Assembly (NCBI GenBank): GCA_028684955.1
Contig: JAQUEY010000003.1
Span: 1 to 62,069, forward strand
DNA from: Eubacteriales bacterium
GTDB lineage: Bacteria > Bacillota > Clostridia > Saccharofermentanales > UBA5734
Reading direction: 5' to 3'
DNA: 62,069 bases
Position numbers and translations under genes: made by a program. Below the pieces are notes generated by a model that worked only from the letters and a program-made list of their open reading frames with translations, ran no database searches and had not been told where the DNA came from. Positions 50,811-59,831 of this stretch are shown in pieces (the stretch's first letter is position 1; each line of letters starts with the position of its first letter).

Positions 50811-52159
50811 CAGAAACGACCGCCAGACGGCCGCGGCAAATGGACCTGGTCGTGGTGGGTGGGGGTGCAGCCGGTCTGACAGCCGCGATTTCAGCTGCCC
50901 GGACCTGGCAGGAACAGGCGGGACCGGCCAAGGCCAGCCCATTGAAAATCCTGATCCTCGAGAAAAATGACAAAATTGGCCGCAAGATCCTCGCCACTGG
51001 CAATGGCCGCTGCAACTTGACCAATGCCCTGGCGGTTCCCGCTGCCTATCACGGGCAGGACCCTCGGTTTTGCCGGGGTGCCTTGCACCGCTATGATGTC
51101 CGTGCCACGCTGGACCTTTTCCTCGACCTTGGCCTGGTTTGCCGCGAAGAAGGGGACGGCCGGATCTATCCGGTCTGCCAGCAGGCTGCTGCCGTGGTGG
51201 ATTTGCTGGCCCAGGAAATCGAGCGCCTGCACATCACCGTCCAGACTAAGACCACTGTTGTGGCCCTGGATCCGGTCGAACCCGTCTATCTGGGCAACCA
51301 GCCGCTGGAAAAAGAGCCCCACTGGCGACTTTCACTTGCCGACGGCCAGCTGCAAGATGCCACGTGTGTCATCCTGGCAACAGGCGGCATGGCCTCGCCC
51401 AATCTGGGCAGCGATGGCAGCGGTTACCAGCTGGCCCAGCGATTGGGTCATCATCTGGTCGAACCATTGCCTGCCCTGGTCCAGCTGACCACGGCTGGCC
51501 GTAAAACGGTCTCCTTGTCCGGTATCCGGGTGGAGTGCGGCCTGTCCCTCATGCTGGGGGCGCAGGAAATCGGCCGGGAATCCGGCGAGGTTCTTTTTAC
51601 AGAGTATGGCCTCTCCGGGATCCCGATCCTGCAACTGTCCCGCACCGTCAGTGTAAACCTGCACGAATCTGCCAGCGAAACGATGCGGATCCAGCTCGAC
51701 TTGCTGCCCGAATGGACAGAAAGTGCCATCGAAACCAAGATCGCCCAGCGGATCAGCCAGAATCCAGCCTTGCACCTGCCGGATTTGCTGACTGGCCTGG
51801 TGCATCGCAAAATTGGCGCTTTCATCGTCCGCGAAGCGCTCCACACGGCTTTGGACCAGCCTGTTCGCATCTTGTCGTCGCGCCAGGTGAAAAGCCTGGC
51901 CCGGACCATCAAGCAGCTTGAGCTGACGGTGACCGGAACAAAAGATTTCTCCCAGGCCCAAGTGACCGCCGGTGGTCTGGACTGCCGTGATTTTCTGCCG
52001 GATCGCCTGGAATCACGCCTGAAACCGGGCCTGTTTGCTGCCGGTGAGCTTTTGGACATCGATGGCGATTGTGGCGGATTCAATCTGCAGTGGGCCTGGT
52101 CCAGTGGCCTTTTAGCGGGGGCATCTGCAGCCCGCCTGCTCCTGAGGTTCCAGCCGTGA
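50807..52159 (+). CDS. HI0933/BaiN-like FAD-dependent oxidoreductase
   Basis: Dinucleotide fold DLVVVGGGAAGLTAAISAA and family signature ATGNGRCNLTN are present. There is an ATGA overlap with the CYTH stop. Confidence 0.85.
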   Translation: MTETTARRPRQMDLVVVGGGAAGLTAAISAARTWQEQAGPAKASPLKILILEKNDKIGRKILATGNGRCNLTNALAVPAAYHGQDPRFCRGALHRYDVRATLDLFLDLGLVCREEGDGRIYPVCQQAAAVVDLLAQEIERLHITVQTKTTVVALDPVEPVYLGNQPLEKEPHWRLSLADGQLQDATCVILATGGMASPNLGSDGSGYQLAQRLGHHLVEPLPALVQLTTAGRKTVSLSGIRVECGLSLMLGAQEIGRESGEVLFTEYGLSGIPILQLSRTVSVNLHESASETMRIQLDLLPEWTESAIETKIAQRISQNPALHLPDLLTGLVHRKIGAFIVREALHTALDQPVRILSSRQVKSLARTIKQLELTVTGTKDFSQAQVTAGGLDCRDFLPDRLESRLKPGLFAAGELLDIDGDCGGFNLQWAWSSGLLAGASAARLLLRFQP

Positions 52160-53874
52160 CCCGGCCAGGAAAACCGGCACCTCCGATGGGCAGCGGACAG
52201 GTCCAGGCAGATGGCAAGACCTGCTCCGTCAGACTGCCTCTGGGCCACACGCCTGCCGAGCTGACCCGGGCGATTGCCCGGGCCTTTCATTGTCCGGCTG
52301 GACAGCTCGGAGCCTGGTTTATCTTGCGCCAATCTATCGATGCCCGGCATAAGGGAGACATCCGGATCCAGTACACCATTGCCCGGGGCCAGGCCGCCCC
52401 CGTGCTCACGGGGCTCACCGCCATCCCGGCATTCAAGGCCGCCTTTGTGCCTGGGCCCTGTTTTCCGGAGCTGCCAGAAACCAGGCGACCGGTGATCATC
52501 GGCAGCGGTCCGGCGGGCTTGTTTGCGGCCCTGGCCCTGGCCCGGGCCGGTCTGAAGCCGCGGGTCATCGAACGCGGCCAGCCGGTCGAGCGTCGTAAAA
52601 CGGCGGTTGATCTGTTCTGGGCCGGCGGGCCGCTGGACCCGGAGAACAATGTCCAGTTTGGCGAAGGTGGTGCCGGGACTTTTTCCGATGGCAAATTGAC
52701 GACCAACCTCAAGGACCCACGCTGCCAGGCTGTCCTTCAGGAGCTGGTCCTGGCCGGAGCCCCCTCCAGCATTCTGGTCGAACCCAAGCCCCATGTCGGC
52801 ACCGATCTGCTCTGCGGCGTTGTAACCACGATCCGCCAGCACATCGAGCAGCTCGGGGGAACTTTTCATTTTGGCACCCGCCTTGATGATCTGGTCTGTG
52901 CGCCAGTCCCCAAAGAAGGCGCCGGGTTAGAATCAGGCGCATCCGGCGAAACGGGCCCGACTGGCAAGCTGGAGCAAATCGTCGTCAGCCGGCTGCTTGC
53001 GGACGGGACCAGGCTGACAGAAACCTGGAACGTGCGCGATGTCATCCTGGCCATCGGTCACAGCGCTCGAGACATCGTCCAGATGCTGGAAAAGTACAAC
53101 ATCCCGCTGGCTGCCAAGCCTTTTTCAGTGGGGGTCCGGATTGAGCATTTGCAGAGTAAGATCAATCAGAGCCAGTATGGCCCGCAAGCCGGGCATCCCG
53201 CTTTGCCCCCGGCCGAATACAAGCTGGCCGTCCATTTGCCTTCTGGCCGGTCGGTCTATACGTTCTGCATGTGTCCGGGTGGCCAGGTGGTGGCATCTGC
53301 ATCCGAAGCAGGGGGGCTTGTCACCAATGGCATGAGCTTCCATGCCAGAGACCAGGTCAATGCCAACAGTGCCTTGCTGGTCGAAGTCTGGCCGGAGGAT
53401 TTCCCTGAGCCGGGTGCGCTGGGTGGCATTCACCTCCAGCGCCAGATCGAGCAGCTCGCATTTACCCTGGGTGGGCAGAACCATCGGGCCCCAGCCCAGC
53501 TGGTGGGCGATTTTCTGGCTGGCCAGCCCTCCACAGGACCCGCCGAAGTCCTGCCCAGCTACACCCCAGGCGTGACCTGGGCCGACCTGGCACAGTGTCT
53601 GCCTCCCTTTGTCGTTCAGGCTCTGCGTGAGGCTTTGCCGCTGCTGGACAGAAAACTGTCCGGCTTTGCTGCCCCGACGGCTGTCCTGACCGGCGTGGAG
53701 ACTCGCAGCTCTTCGCCAGTCCGCATCCTGCGCGGGGAGACTCTCCAGAGCCGCTGCCAGGGCTTGTTCCCCTGTGGAGAGGGTGCCGGGTATGCTGGTG
53801 GTATCCTGTCGGCTGCCGTCGATGGCCTGCGCTGTGCCGAAGCCGTGCTCAAAGCGCGGGACAGTCTTGCCTGA
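52156..53874 (+). CDS. uncharacterised FAD-dependent dehydrogenase (COG2509-type)
   Basis: PVIIGSGPAGLFAALALARAG and the C-terminal PCGEGAGYAGGILSAAVDG are present. The start is GTG 52156, overlapping the upstream stop as GTGA, or alternatively ATG 52186. Confidence 0.8.
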   Translation: MTRPGKPAPPMGSGQVQADGKTCSVRLPLGHTPAELTRAIARAFHCPAGQLGAWFILRQSIDARHKGDIRIQYTIARGQAAPVLTGLTAIPAFKAAFVPGPCFPELPETRRPVIIGSGPAGLFAALALARAGLKPRVIERGQPVERRKTAVDLFWAGGPLDPENNVQFGEGGAGTFSDGKLTTNLKDPRCQAVLQELVLAGAPSSILVEPKPHVGTDLLCGVVTTIRQHIEQLGGTFHFGTRLDDLVCAPVPKEGAGLESGASGETGPTGKLEQIVVSRLLADGTRLTETWNVRDVILAIGHSARDIVQMLEKYNIPLAAKPFSVGVRIEHLQSKINQSQYGPQAGHPALPPAEYKLAVHLPSGRSVYTFCMCPGGQVVASASEAGGLVTNGMSFHARDQVNANSALLVEVWPEDFPEPGALGGIHLQRQIEQLAFTLGGQNHRAPAQLVGDFLAGQPSTGPAEVLPSYTPGVTWADLAQCLPPFVVQALREALPLLDRKLSGFAAPTAVLTGVETRSSSPVRILRGETLQSRCQGLFPCGEGAGYAGGILSAAVDGLRCAEAVLKARDSLA

Positions 53875-53907
53875 GCCGCAAGCCTTTCGTTCTTCAGGTG
53901 TCCGGCA

Positions 53908-53916
53908 TGGTATAAT
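53908..53916 (+). promoter_or_regulatory. extended -10 promoter for the lipid kinase gene
   Basis: TGgTATAAT lies at 53908-53916. Confidence 0.5.
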
Positions 53917-53949
53917 AAACCTGCTATCAAAAAAATTCAGGAGTCTGCC

Positions 53950-54846
53950 ATGCGCGCACGCGTCATCATCAACCCCTCATCCGGCCGACAGACTTTGCAG
54001 AGAAAAGCCGAGCGTCTGACCGAGACACTGCTTGCCGATGGCACGTTCAGCGATGTCGATGTCGTTCGCACGGTCGGTCCCCGGGATGCCTATATTGCTG
54101 CCCGCTACTACCAGGACTGGCAGTTTGACCTGATTCTGGTCGTTGGTGGTGACGGCACGGTCAATGAGGTCGTCAGCGGCCTTCTGGACGGCAAGCACCA
54201 GACACCACTCGCCATTCTGGCAGCTGGAACGGTCAATGATTTTGCCTATGCCATGAAATTGCCCCGCACAGACAGCGCCGTAGCCAGGATGATCCGCCAG
54301 GGCAAGACCCGCCTGATTGATGTCGGCCAGGCGAACGACCGCTATTTTGTCAATGTAGCCGCAGGTGGTTTGCTGACGGATGTGGCCTACAAAGTCCCTT
54401 CGGAAGCCAAGACGGTGCTCGGGACGCTGGCCTATGTCATCGAGGGGGCCAAAGACCTCTCGTCACAGGCGCTCCGGCCGATCCCAGTCCACATCGAGAC
54501 GCCGGAACGGGTGATCGATGAGGAGATATTGCTGTTCATCGTTTCAAACACCAGCAGTGTCGGGGGTTTTCGCAACCTCGCCCCTGAAGCTTCGGTGACC
54601 GATGGCCTGCTCGATGTCGTCCTGGTCAAACCGCAGAACATCCTGGAATTATTCCCGCTCCTGGTCCAGATGGTCAACGGTGTTCATGTGAACCACCCGA
54701 AAATCGATTATTTCCAGACAGATTCCTTGATAATAGCCGCCCCGAAATCCGATTCCTTCTCCATTGACCTCGATGGCGAATGGGGCGGTGAACTGCCGGT
54801 GGAGCTGAAGGTCAGGCACCAGGCCCTGCGGTTGATCGTGCCTTAG
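53950..54846 (+). CDS. diacylglycerol kinase family lipid kinase (YegS/BmrU/DagK type)
   Basis: MRARVIINPSSGRQ and LILVVGGDGTVNEVVSGL are present. Confidence 0.88.
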   Translation: MRARVIINPSSGRQTLQRKAERLTETLLADGTFSDVDVVRTVGPRDAYIAARYYQDWQFDLILVVGGDGTVNEVVSGLLDGKHQTPLAILAAGTVNDFAYAMKLPRTDSAVARMIRQGKTRLIDVGQANDRYFVNVAAGGLLTDVAYKVPSEAKTVLGTLAYVIEGAKDLSSQALRPIPVHIETPERVIDEEILLFIVSNTSSVGGFRNLAPEASVTDGLLDVVLVKPQNILELFPLLVQMVNGVHVNHPKIDYFQTDSLIIAAPKSDSFSIDLDGEWGGELPVELKVRHQALRLIVP

Positions 54847-56759
54847 CCTTCGGCCAGCTCCAGATAGAGGGCGTAGGTGTCGTCGATTTCCTGCAAGACG
54901 ACCGCATACCGTTCGTAATCGGCAGGCGTCGCCGCACCGGAAAAAAGCGTCTCCAGATCAGTCCGTTCCTGTTCAAGCTGCTCGATGCGCTTTTCTGCCT
55001 GGCGAATCTGCTCTTTGCGCCGGGCATTCTCCCGCCGTTCCTGGGCCTTGTTCAGGCTCTGCACCCGACCGCCAGCTGACTCGGTTGCCTGGCTGAATGA
55101 TTCCCGGATCTCCAGCCCTTTTTGGTCTTTGCTTCTGGCCTCGGCTGCAGCCTCTTCCTGGCGCGCCCTGGTCCGGTATTCGGCGTATGTATCAAAAGAC
55201 TGGACCTGGCTGCCGACAAAGCCGAGGACACGCCGGGCGATTTTGTCGATGAAATAACGGTCATGGCTGACCGCAAAAATGGCTCCGGGAAAATCAAGCA
55301 GCGCTTGTTCGAGGATTTCTCGCGAATGGATATCGAGATGATTGGTCGGCTCGTCCAAAAGCAGGAGGTCCGGCTGCTCAAGCAGCAAACAGCACAGGTA
55401 GAGCCGGGCACGTTCGCCGCCGGACAGGACGGAAATTGACTTGAATACATCCACATCCCTAAATCCGTAGCGGGCCAGCAAATTCCGGGCCCCGGCCTCG
55501 TCGAGGGCAAAACGGGCCAGCAACTCATCCAGGACACCGGCCTGTTCATCGAGAAATTCGACATGCTGACCCATGTGGCCAAAGACTGTTTTCTCAGACA
55601 GGCGCATGGCACCATGGCTGTGCGGGATCTTGCCGAGAAGCAGCGCCAGCAATGTGGACTTGCCGCAGCCATTTGGACCGCAGACACAGAGCTTGTCACG
55701 CCCGCGGATTTCAAAGCTGACACCGGAAAACAAGACCCGCTCCTGGAAACGGATTTCCAGGTCGCTGGCCAGGAGCAGCTGCTTGTCCGGGTCACCGGTA
55801 TTCTGCACCGGCAGGAAATTGAATTTGAGCTGGGTCTGGTGCAGGCGTGCCCGGTCGCGGATTTCGGTCAGTTCAGCCGACAGTTTGGCAACGACTTTTT
55901 CCCGCGCATGATAGCTGGCCATTTTGCGGTGCGACAGCATGGTCTGGGTGACCGCTTCCTGATGGGCGAGGTCTTTTTCCATCTGCCGGATTGTGCGCGA
56001 CAAAGTCAGCTGTTCGCTGGCCTGGATCTCTTTGTAGGCGGTGTAATTGCCGGGCCGTACGGTCAGTTGGCCGAGCGACAGTTCAGCGACTTCATTGGCA
56101 ACCTGGTCGATGAAGGCGCGGTCATGGGAAACGAGCAGGACGGCGCCCTTGAAACTTTTCAGATAGCTTTCAAGCCATTCCTGCGCACTGGCGTCGAGGT
56201 GGTTGGTCGGTTCGTCCAGAAGCAGGACGTCCGGTGACATGAGGAGGATCCGGGCCAGAGCGACCCGCATCCGTTCACCGCCGGAAAGGGTGGACATCGG
56301 GCGGGTCAGCGCTTCGCCGGACAAGCCCAGCCCATCGAGGGCTTCTTGCATCCGGCGCGGGAAATCGTAGCCTTCGAGCGCTTCGAAACGGGCCGTGCAG
56401 TCGGCATAGCGCGCCATCAGGCGCCGGTCCCCCGGGGCTACGGCCATTTCGTGCTCGAGCTGGCGCATGTCGTCCTCGAGTGCGGACAGTTCCTGGTTGG
56501 CCAGGGGATGGCTCTCCAGGTCACAGATCTCCTCGACATGCTGGCTCAGGTAGGCAACCACGACGGTGGCGGGGCGGATGACCTGGCCGGCATCGGGTTT
56601 TTCCTGGCCTGTAATCAGGCGCAGCAGGGTGGTCTTGCCAGCTCCATTTTCACCGATCAAAGCCAGGCGGTCCCCGCGGTCGATCCGAAGCGAGACCCCG
56701 CCCAGAACGGTGCGGCCGAAATACGATTTTTCCACAGAGTGCAGCGACAGAAGGCTCAT
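54843..56759 (-). CDS. ABC-F family ATPase (translation factor type)
   Basis: Two complete NBDs (GENGAGKTT / LSGGERMR / LLLDEPTNHLD and GPNGCGKST / LSGGERAR / LLLDEPTNHLD) are joined by a linker of about 80 aa. A C-terminal coiled-coil is present and there is no TM domain. Confidence 0.9.
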   Translation of the reverse strand: MSLLSLHSVEKSYFGRTVLGGVSLRIDRGDRLALIGENGAGKTTLLRLITGQEKPDAGQVIRPATVVVAYLSQHVEEICDLESHPLANQELSALEDDMRQLEHEMAVAPGDRRLMARYADCTARFEALEGYDFPRRMQEALDGLGLSGEALTRPMSTLSGGERMRVALARILLMSPDVLLLDEPTNHLDASAQEWLESYLKSFKGAVLLVSHDRAFIDQVANEVAELSLGQLTVRPGNYTAYKEIQASEQLTLSRTIRQMEKDLAHQEAVTQTMLSHRKMASYHAREKVVAKLSAELTEIRDRARLHQTQLKFNFLPVQNTGDPDKQLLLASDLEIRFQERVLFSGVSFEIRGRDKLCVCGPNGCGKSTLLALLLGKIPHSHGAMRLSEKTVFGHMGQHVEFLDEQAGVLDELLARFALDEAGARNLLARYGFRDVDVFKSISVLSGGERARLYLCCLLLEQPDLLLLDEPTNHLDIHSREILEQALLDFPGAIFAVSHDRYFIDKIARRVLGFVGSQVQSFDTYAEYRTRARQEEAAAEARSKDQKGLEIRESFSQATESAGGRVQSLNKAQERRENARRKEQIRQAEKRIEQLEQERTDLETLFSGAATPADYERYAVVLQEIDDTYALYLELAEG

Positions 56760-56975
56760 TGAATCTTGATGTTCTCCCTAAGCTCGAATGCGCCGCCAGT
56801 ATAGCATATCCACTCGTCCCAGGACCAGTTTTCGGCAGAAAGCGTGAAGAAAAAGGGCCGAGGAAAACTTGCCCCCTGTCCGGGCAAAGGGTATTCTGGA
56901 ATAACCTTGCGACACCTTGCCCGCGCCGGAATTTTTCCGGCACGGACCAGATGCCTGGAAAAGGAGGAGAGATCT

Positions 56976-58562
56976 TTGGCAAAACCCGTTGTTGAAATAC
57001 TTGACACGACCCTGCGCGATGGCGCCCAGATGGAGGGTGTCTCATTTTCTGTCAATGACAAGTTCCAGATCCTCGAAAATCTCGTGACCATCGGTGTGCG
57101 CTACATTGAGGCTGGCAATCCTGGCTCCAATCCGAAGGACCGCGAATTCTTCACTAAATTCAACGACAAGCGCCCTGTGATGGACCAGACCGAACTGGTC
57201 GCCTTCGGCCCGACCAAGCGCAAGGGCATCAAGCCTGAAGAAGACACCGGCCTTGCTGACCTGCTGTCTGCCCAGACCGGCACGATTGTCATTTTTGGCA
57301 AGACTTGGGAACTCGAGGTGCGCGACATTTTGCGTTGCACCAATGAGGAGAACATGGCTCTGATCCGCGAGACGACGGAGTACTTGCGCGCCCAGGGCCG
57401 CGATGTCATCTTCGATGCCGAGCATTTTTTCGAAGCCTACCGGGCCAACCCGGACTACGCTGTCGCCTGCCTCAAGGCAGCCCAGGATGGCGGTGCCCTG
57501 TGTGCTGTCCTGTGTGACACCAACGGAGCGACCATGCCCGACGAGGTTGGTTTTGTCACAGCCGCCGTTGTAAAAGCCTTGCCGGGCATCCAGATCGGCA
57601 TTCACTGCCACAATGACAGCGGCATGGCTGTGGCCAATTCCCAGGCTGCCGTCCTTGCCGGTGCGACCCATGTCCAGGGCACGTTCAATGGCATAGGCGA
57701 ACGCTGCGGCAATGCCAACTTGTCGACCATCATCCCCAACTTGCAGCTCAAATATGACTACCCATGTATTCCCGCCGACCGGATGGAACTTCTCACGCCT
57801 GTGGCCCGGACAATTGCCGAAATCACCAACATCCAGCTGCCTAACGGCGAACCCTTTGTCGGCACCTCAGCGTTCTCGCACAAGGCCGGCATGCATGTCG
57901 ACGGGGTCAAGAAGAACGCCAAGACCTTTGAACACATAGAACCGACGGCTGTTGGCAATGCTCGCCGCTTCCTGCTCTCCGAAATCAGCGGGCGCTCGGC
58001 TATCCTGGATATCATCCGCCGGATCAAGCCGGATATCAGCCGGGACGCTCCAGAGGTCGCCCGGGTCCTGCACACCATGAAAGAGCTCGAACACCAGGGC
58101 TACCATTTCGAGGGCGCCGAAGCCTCGCAGGAATTGCTGGTCTGCAAGGAGTTGGGCCTGTATCAGCCCTTTTTCACGCTGGAAAAGCTGCGGATCACGA
58201 TCGAGCAGCCCCAGACCAGCGCCTACAGCGCCTTCACTTACATCAAGATCCTCGTCGATGGTGTTGAGGAAGTCACCGCTGCCGAAGGCGAAGGTCCTGT
58301 CAATGCCATGGACCGCGCCCTGAAAAAGGCAATGGAAGTCTTCTATCCGGAACTGACCCAGGTCCGCCTGACCGACTTCAAGGTCCGTGTCTTGAACCAT
58401 GAAGCGACTGCTTCGACCGTGCGCACCCTGATCGAGTCCACCGATGGCATCCGCACTTGGAACACCATCGGGGTTTCGACCGACATCCTGGAGGCATCCT
58501 GGCTGGCTCTGGTCGATTCTCTGGAATACAAACTGATGCGCCAGCAGCTTGACTTGAAGTAA
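56976..58562 (+). CDS. cimA: (R)-citramalate synthase (CimA / LeuA_allo family)
   Basis: [31 protein letters not shown], the HxH site IHCHND and a C-terminal LeuA-dimer-type domain are present. I chose TTG 56976, 6 nt after the AAGGAGGAG SD. The ORF track GTG 56844 would add a basic, non-protein-like 44 aa. Confidence 0.8.
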   Translation: MAKPVVEILDTTLRDGAQMEGVSFSVNDKFQILENLVTIGVRYIEAGNPGSNPKDREFFTKFNDKRPVMDQTELVAFGPTKRKGIKPEEDTGLADLLSAQTGTIVIFGKTWELEVRDILRCTNEENMALIRETTEYLRAQGRDVIFDAEHFFEAYRANPDYAVACLKAAQDGGALCAVLCDTNGATMPDEVGFVTAAVVKALPGIQIGIHCHNDSGMAVANSQAAVLAGATHVQGTFNGIGERCGNANLSTIIPNLQLKYDYPCIPADRMELLTPVARTIAEITNIQLPNGEPFVGTSAFSHKAGMHVDGVKKNAKTFEHIEPTAVGNARRFLLSEISGRSAILDIIRRIKPDISRDAPEVARVLHTMKELEHQGYHFEGAEASQELLVCKELGLYQPFFTLEKLRITIEQPQTSAYSAFTYIKILVDGVEEVTAAEGEGPVNAMDRALKKAMEVFYPELTQVRLTDFKVRVLNHEATASTVRTLIESTDGIRTWNTIGVSTDILEASWLALVDSLEYKLMRQQLDLK

Positions 58563-58610
58563 CCGGCCACCACACATTCACAGACCAGACAATCAAGGAG
58601 ACAATTTTCT

Positions 58611-59711
58611 ATGGCAAAGTATCAAATCGCAGTCATCCCCGGCGACGGCATCGGCCCTGAGGTCGTCAACGGCACCCGTCAAGTCCTTGACGCCATTGCT
58701 GTCCGCTTCGGACATGAATTTGCCTACACCGAATTGCTCGCCGGTGGCATTGCCATCGACGCCACAGGCGAACCTCTCCCGGCTGCCACTGTCGCCGCCG
58801 CCAAAAAAAGCGACGCCGTCCTGTTGGGTGCCGTCGGTGGTCCGCAGTGGGATACCCTGCCGGGAGACAAACGCCCTGAACGTGCGCTTCTGGGTTTGCG
58901 TTCTGAGCTGGGCCTCTACGCCAATCTGCGCCCGGCCGTCCTGTACCCGGCCCTGGCTGCAGCCTGTCCGCTCCATCCGGAGACTGCTGCAGCCGGCATC
59001 GATGTCATGATCGTCCGTGAACTGACGGGCGGCATGTATTTCGGCGATCGCGGCCGCCGCGAAGGACCCAACGGACCGGAGGCCTATGACACCGAGGCTT
59101 ACAGCATCATGGAAGTCGAACGCATCGCCCGTGTCGGTTTCGAACAGGCCATGCTGCGTGGCAAGCGCCTGACCAGCGTCGACAAGGCCAATGTCCTCGA
59201 GAGCTCCCGTCTCTGGCGCGAGACCGTGATCCGGATCAGCCAGGAGTATCCGGAGGTCACGCTCGATCATCTCTACGTAGACAATGCGACTATGCAGCTG
59301 ATCAAGCGCCCCTCGGATTTTGACGTCATCGTCACAACCAACATGTTTGGTGACATCCTTTCGGACGAAGCGGCGATGATCACCGGCTCGATCGGTATGC
59401 TTGCCTCAGCCTCGCTGGGCAAACCCGGCACACCTGGCATGTATGAGCCCGTTCATGGCTCTGCCCCGGACATCGCTGGCCAGGACAAAGCCAACCCGCT
59501 GGCTACAATCCTCTCCGCCGCCATGCTGCTGCGTATTTCCCTCGGCCTGGGCACCGAAGCAGACGCTGTCGAGGCTGCCGTGGCCAAGGTCCTCGCCGAT
59601 GGCTATCGCACAGGCGACATCGTCCAGAATGTTGGCAGCAGCTCGACCGAAAAGCGCGTCGGCACCCGTGAAATGACCCGCCTGGTCGTCGAGGCTGTCG
59701 CAAACGCATGA
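58611..59711 (+). CDS. leuB: 3-isopropylmalate dehydrogenase
   Basis: [13 protein letters not shown] and [21 protein letters not shown] are present. Confidence 0.94.
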   Translation: MAKYQIAVIPGDGIGPEVVNGTRQVLDAIAVRFGHEFAYTELLAGGIAIDATGEPLPAATVAAAKKSDAVLLGAVGGPQWDTLPGDKRPERALLGLRSELGLYANLRPAVLYPALAAACPLHPETAAAGIDVMIVRELTGGMYFGDRGRREGPNGPEAYDTEAYSIMEVERIARVGFEQAMLRGKRLTSVDKANVLESSRLWRETVIRISQEYPEVTLDHLYVDNATMQLIKRPSDFDVIVTTNMFGDILSDEAAMITGSIGMLASASLGKPGTPGMYEPVHGSAPDIAGQDKANPLATILSAAMLLRISLGLGTEADAVEAAVAKVLADGYRTGDIVQNVGSSSTEKRVGTREMTRLVVEAVANA

Positions 59712-59756
59712 GCTGAGTACGATCTGGCTTAACCATTCATCAGATGCATGTCCACC

Positions 59757-59788
59757 AGCTGACCGGGCGGCAAGCCATCCGGTCAGCT
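59757..59788 (+). other. 10-bp hairpin without U-tract between leuB and ilvD
   Basis: AGCTGACCGG (59757-59766) pairs with CCGGTCAGCT (59779-59788) across a 12-nt loop. Confidence 0.8.
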
Positions 59789-59789
59789 A

Positions 59790-59798
59790 TGCTATAAT
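59790..59798 (+). promoter_or_regulatory. extended -10 promoter for ilvD-ilvB
   Basis: TGcTATAAT lies at 59790-59798, immediately after the hairpin. Confidence 0.5.
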
Positions 59799-59831
59799 GA
59801 ATCAATCTTAATAACAAAGAAGGTGAATCCT

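Noticed and set aside
56815-56895. Partial resemblance of GGGCCGAGGA and neighbouring segments in the cimA leader to the ykkC/ppGpp-riboswitch core (GGUCCGAGAG).
   Set aside because: Only one short segment is similar. The other conserved ykkC blocks are not present in the right order, so I report the region as an unclassified leader instead.
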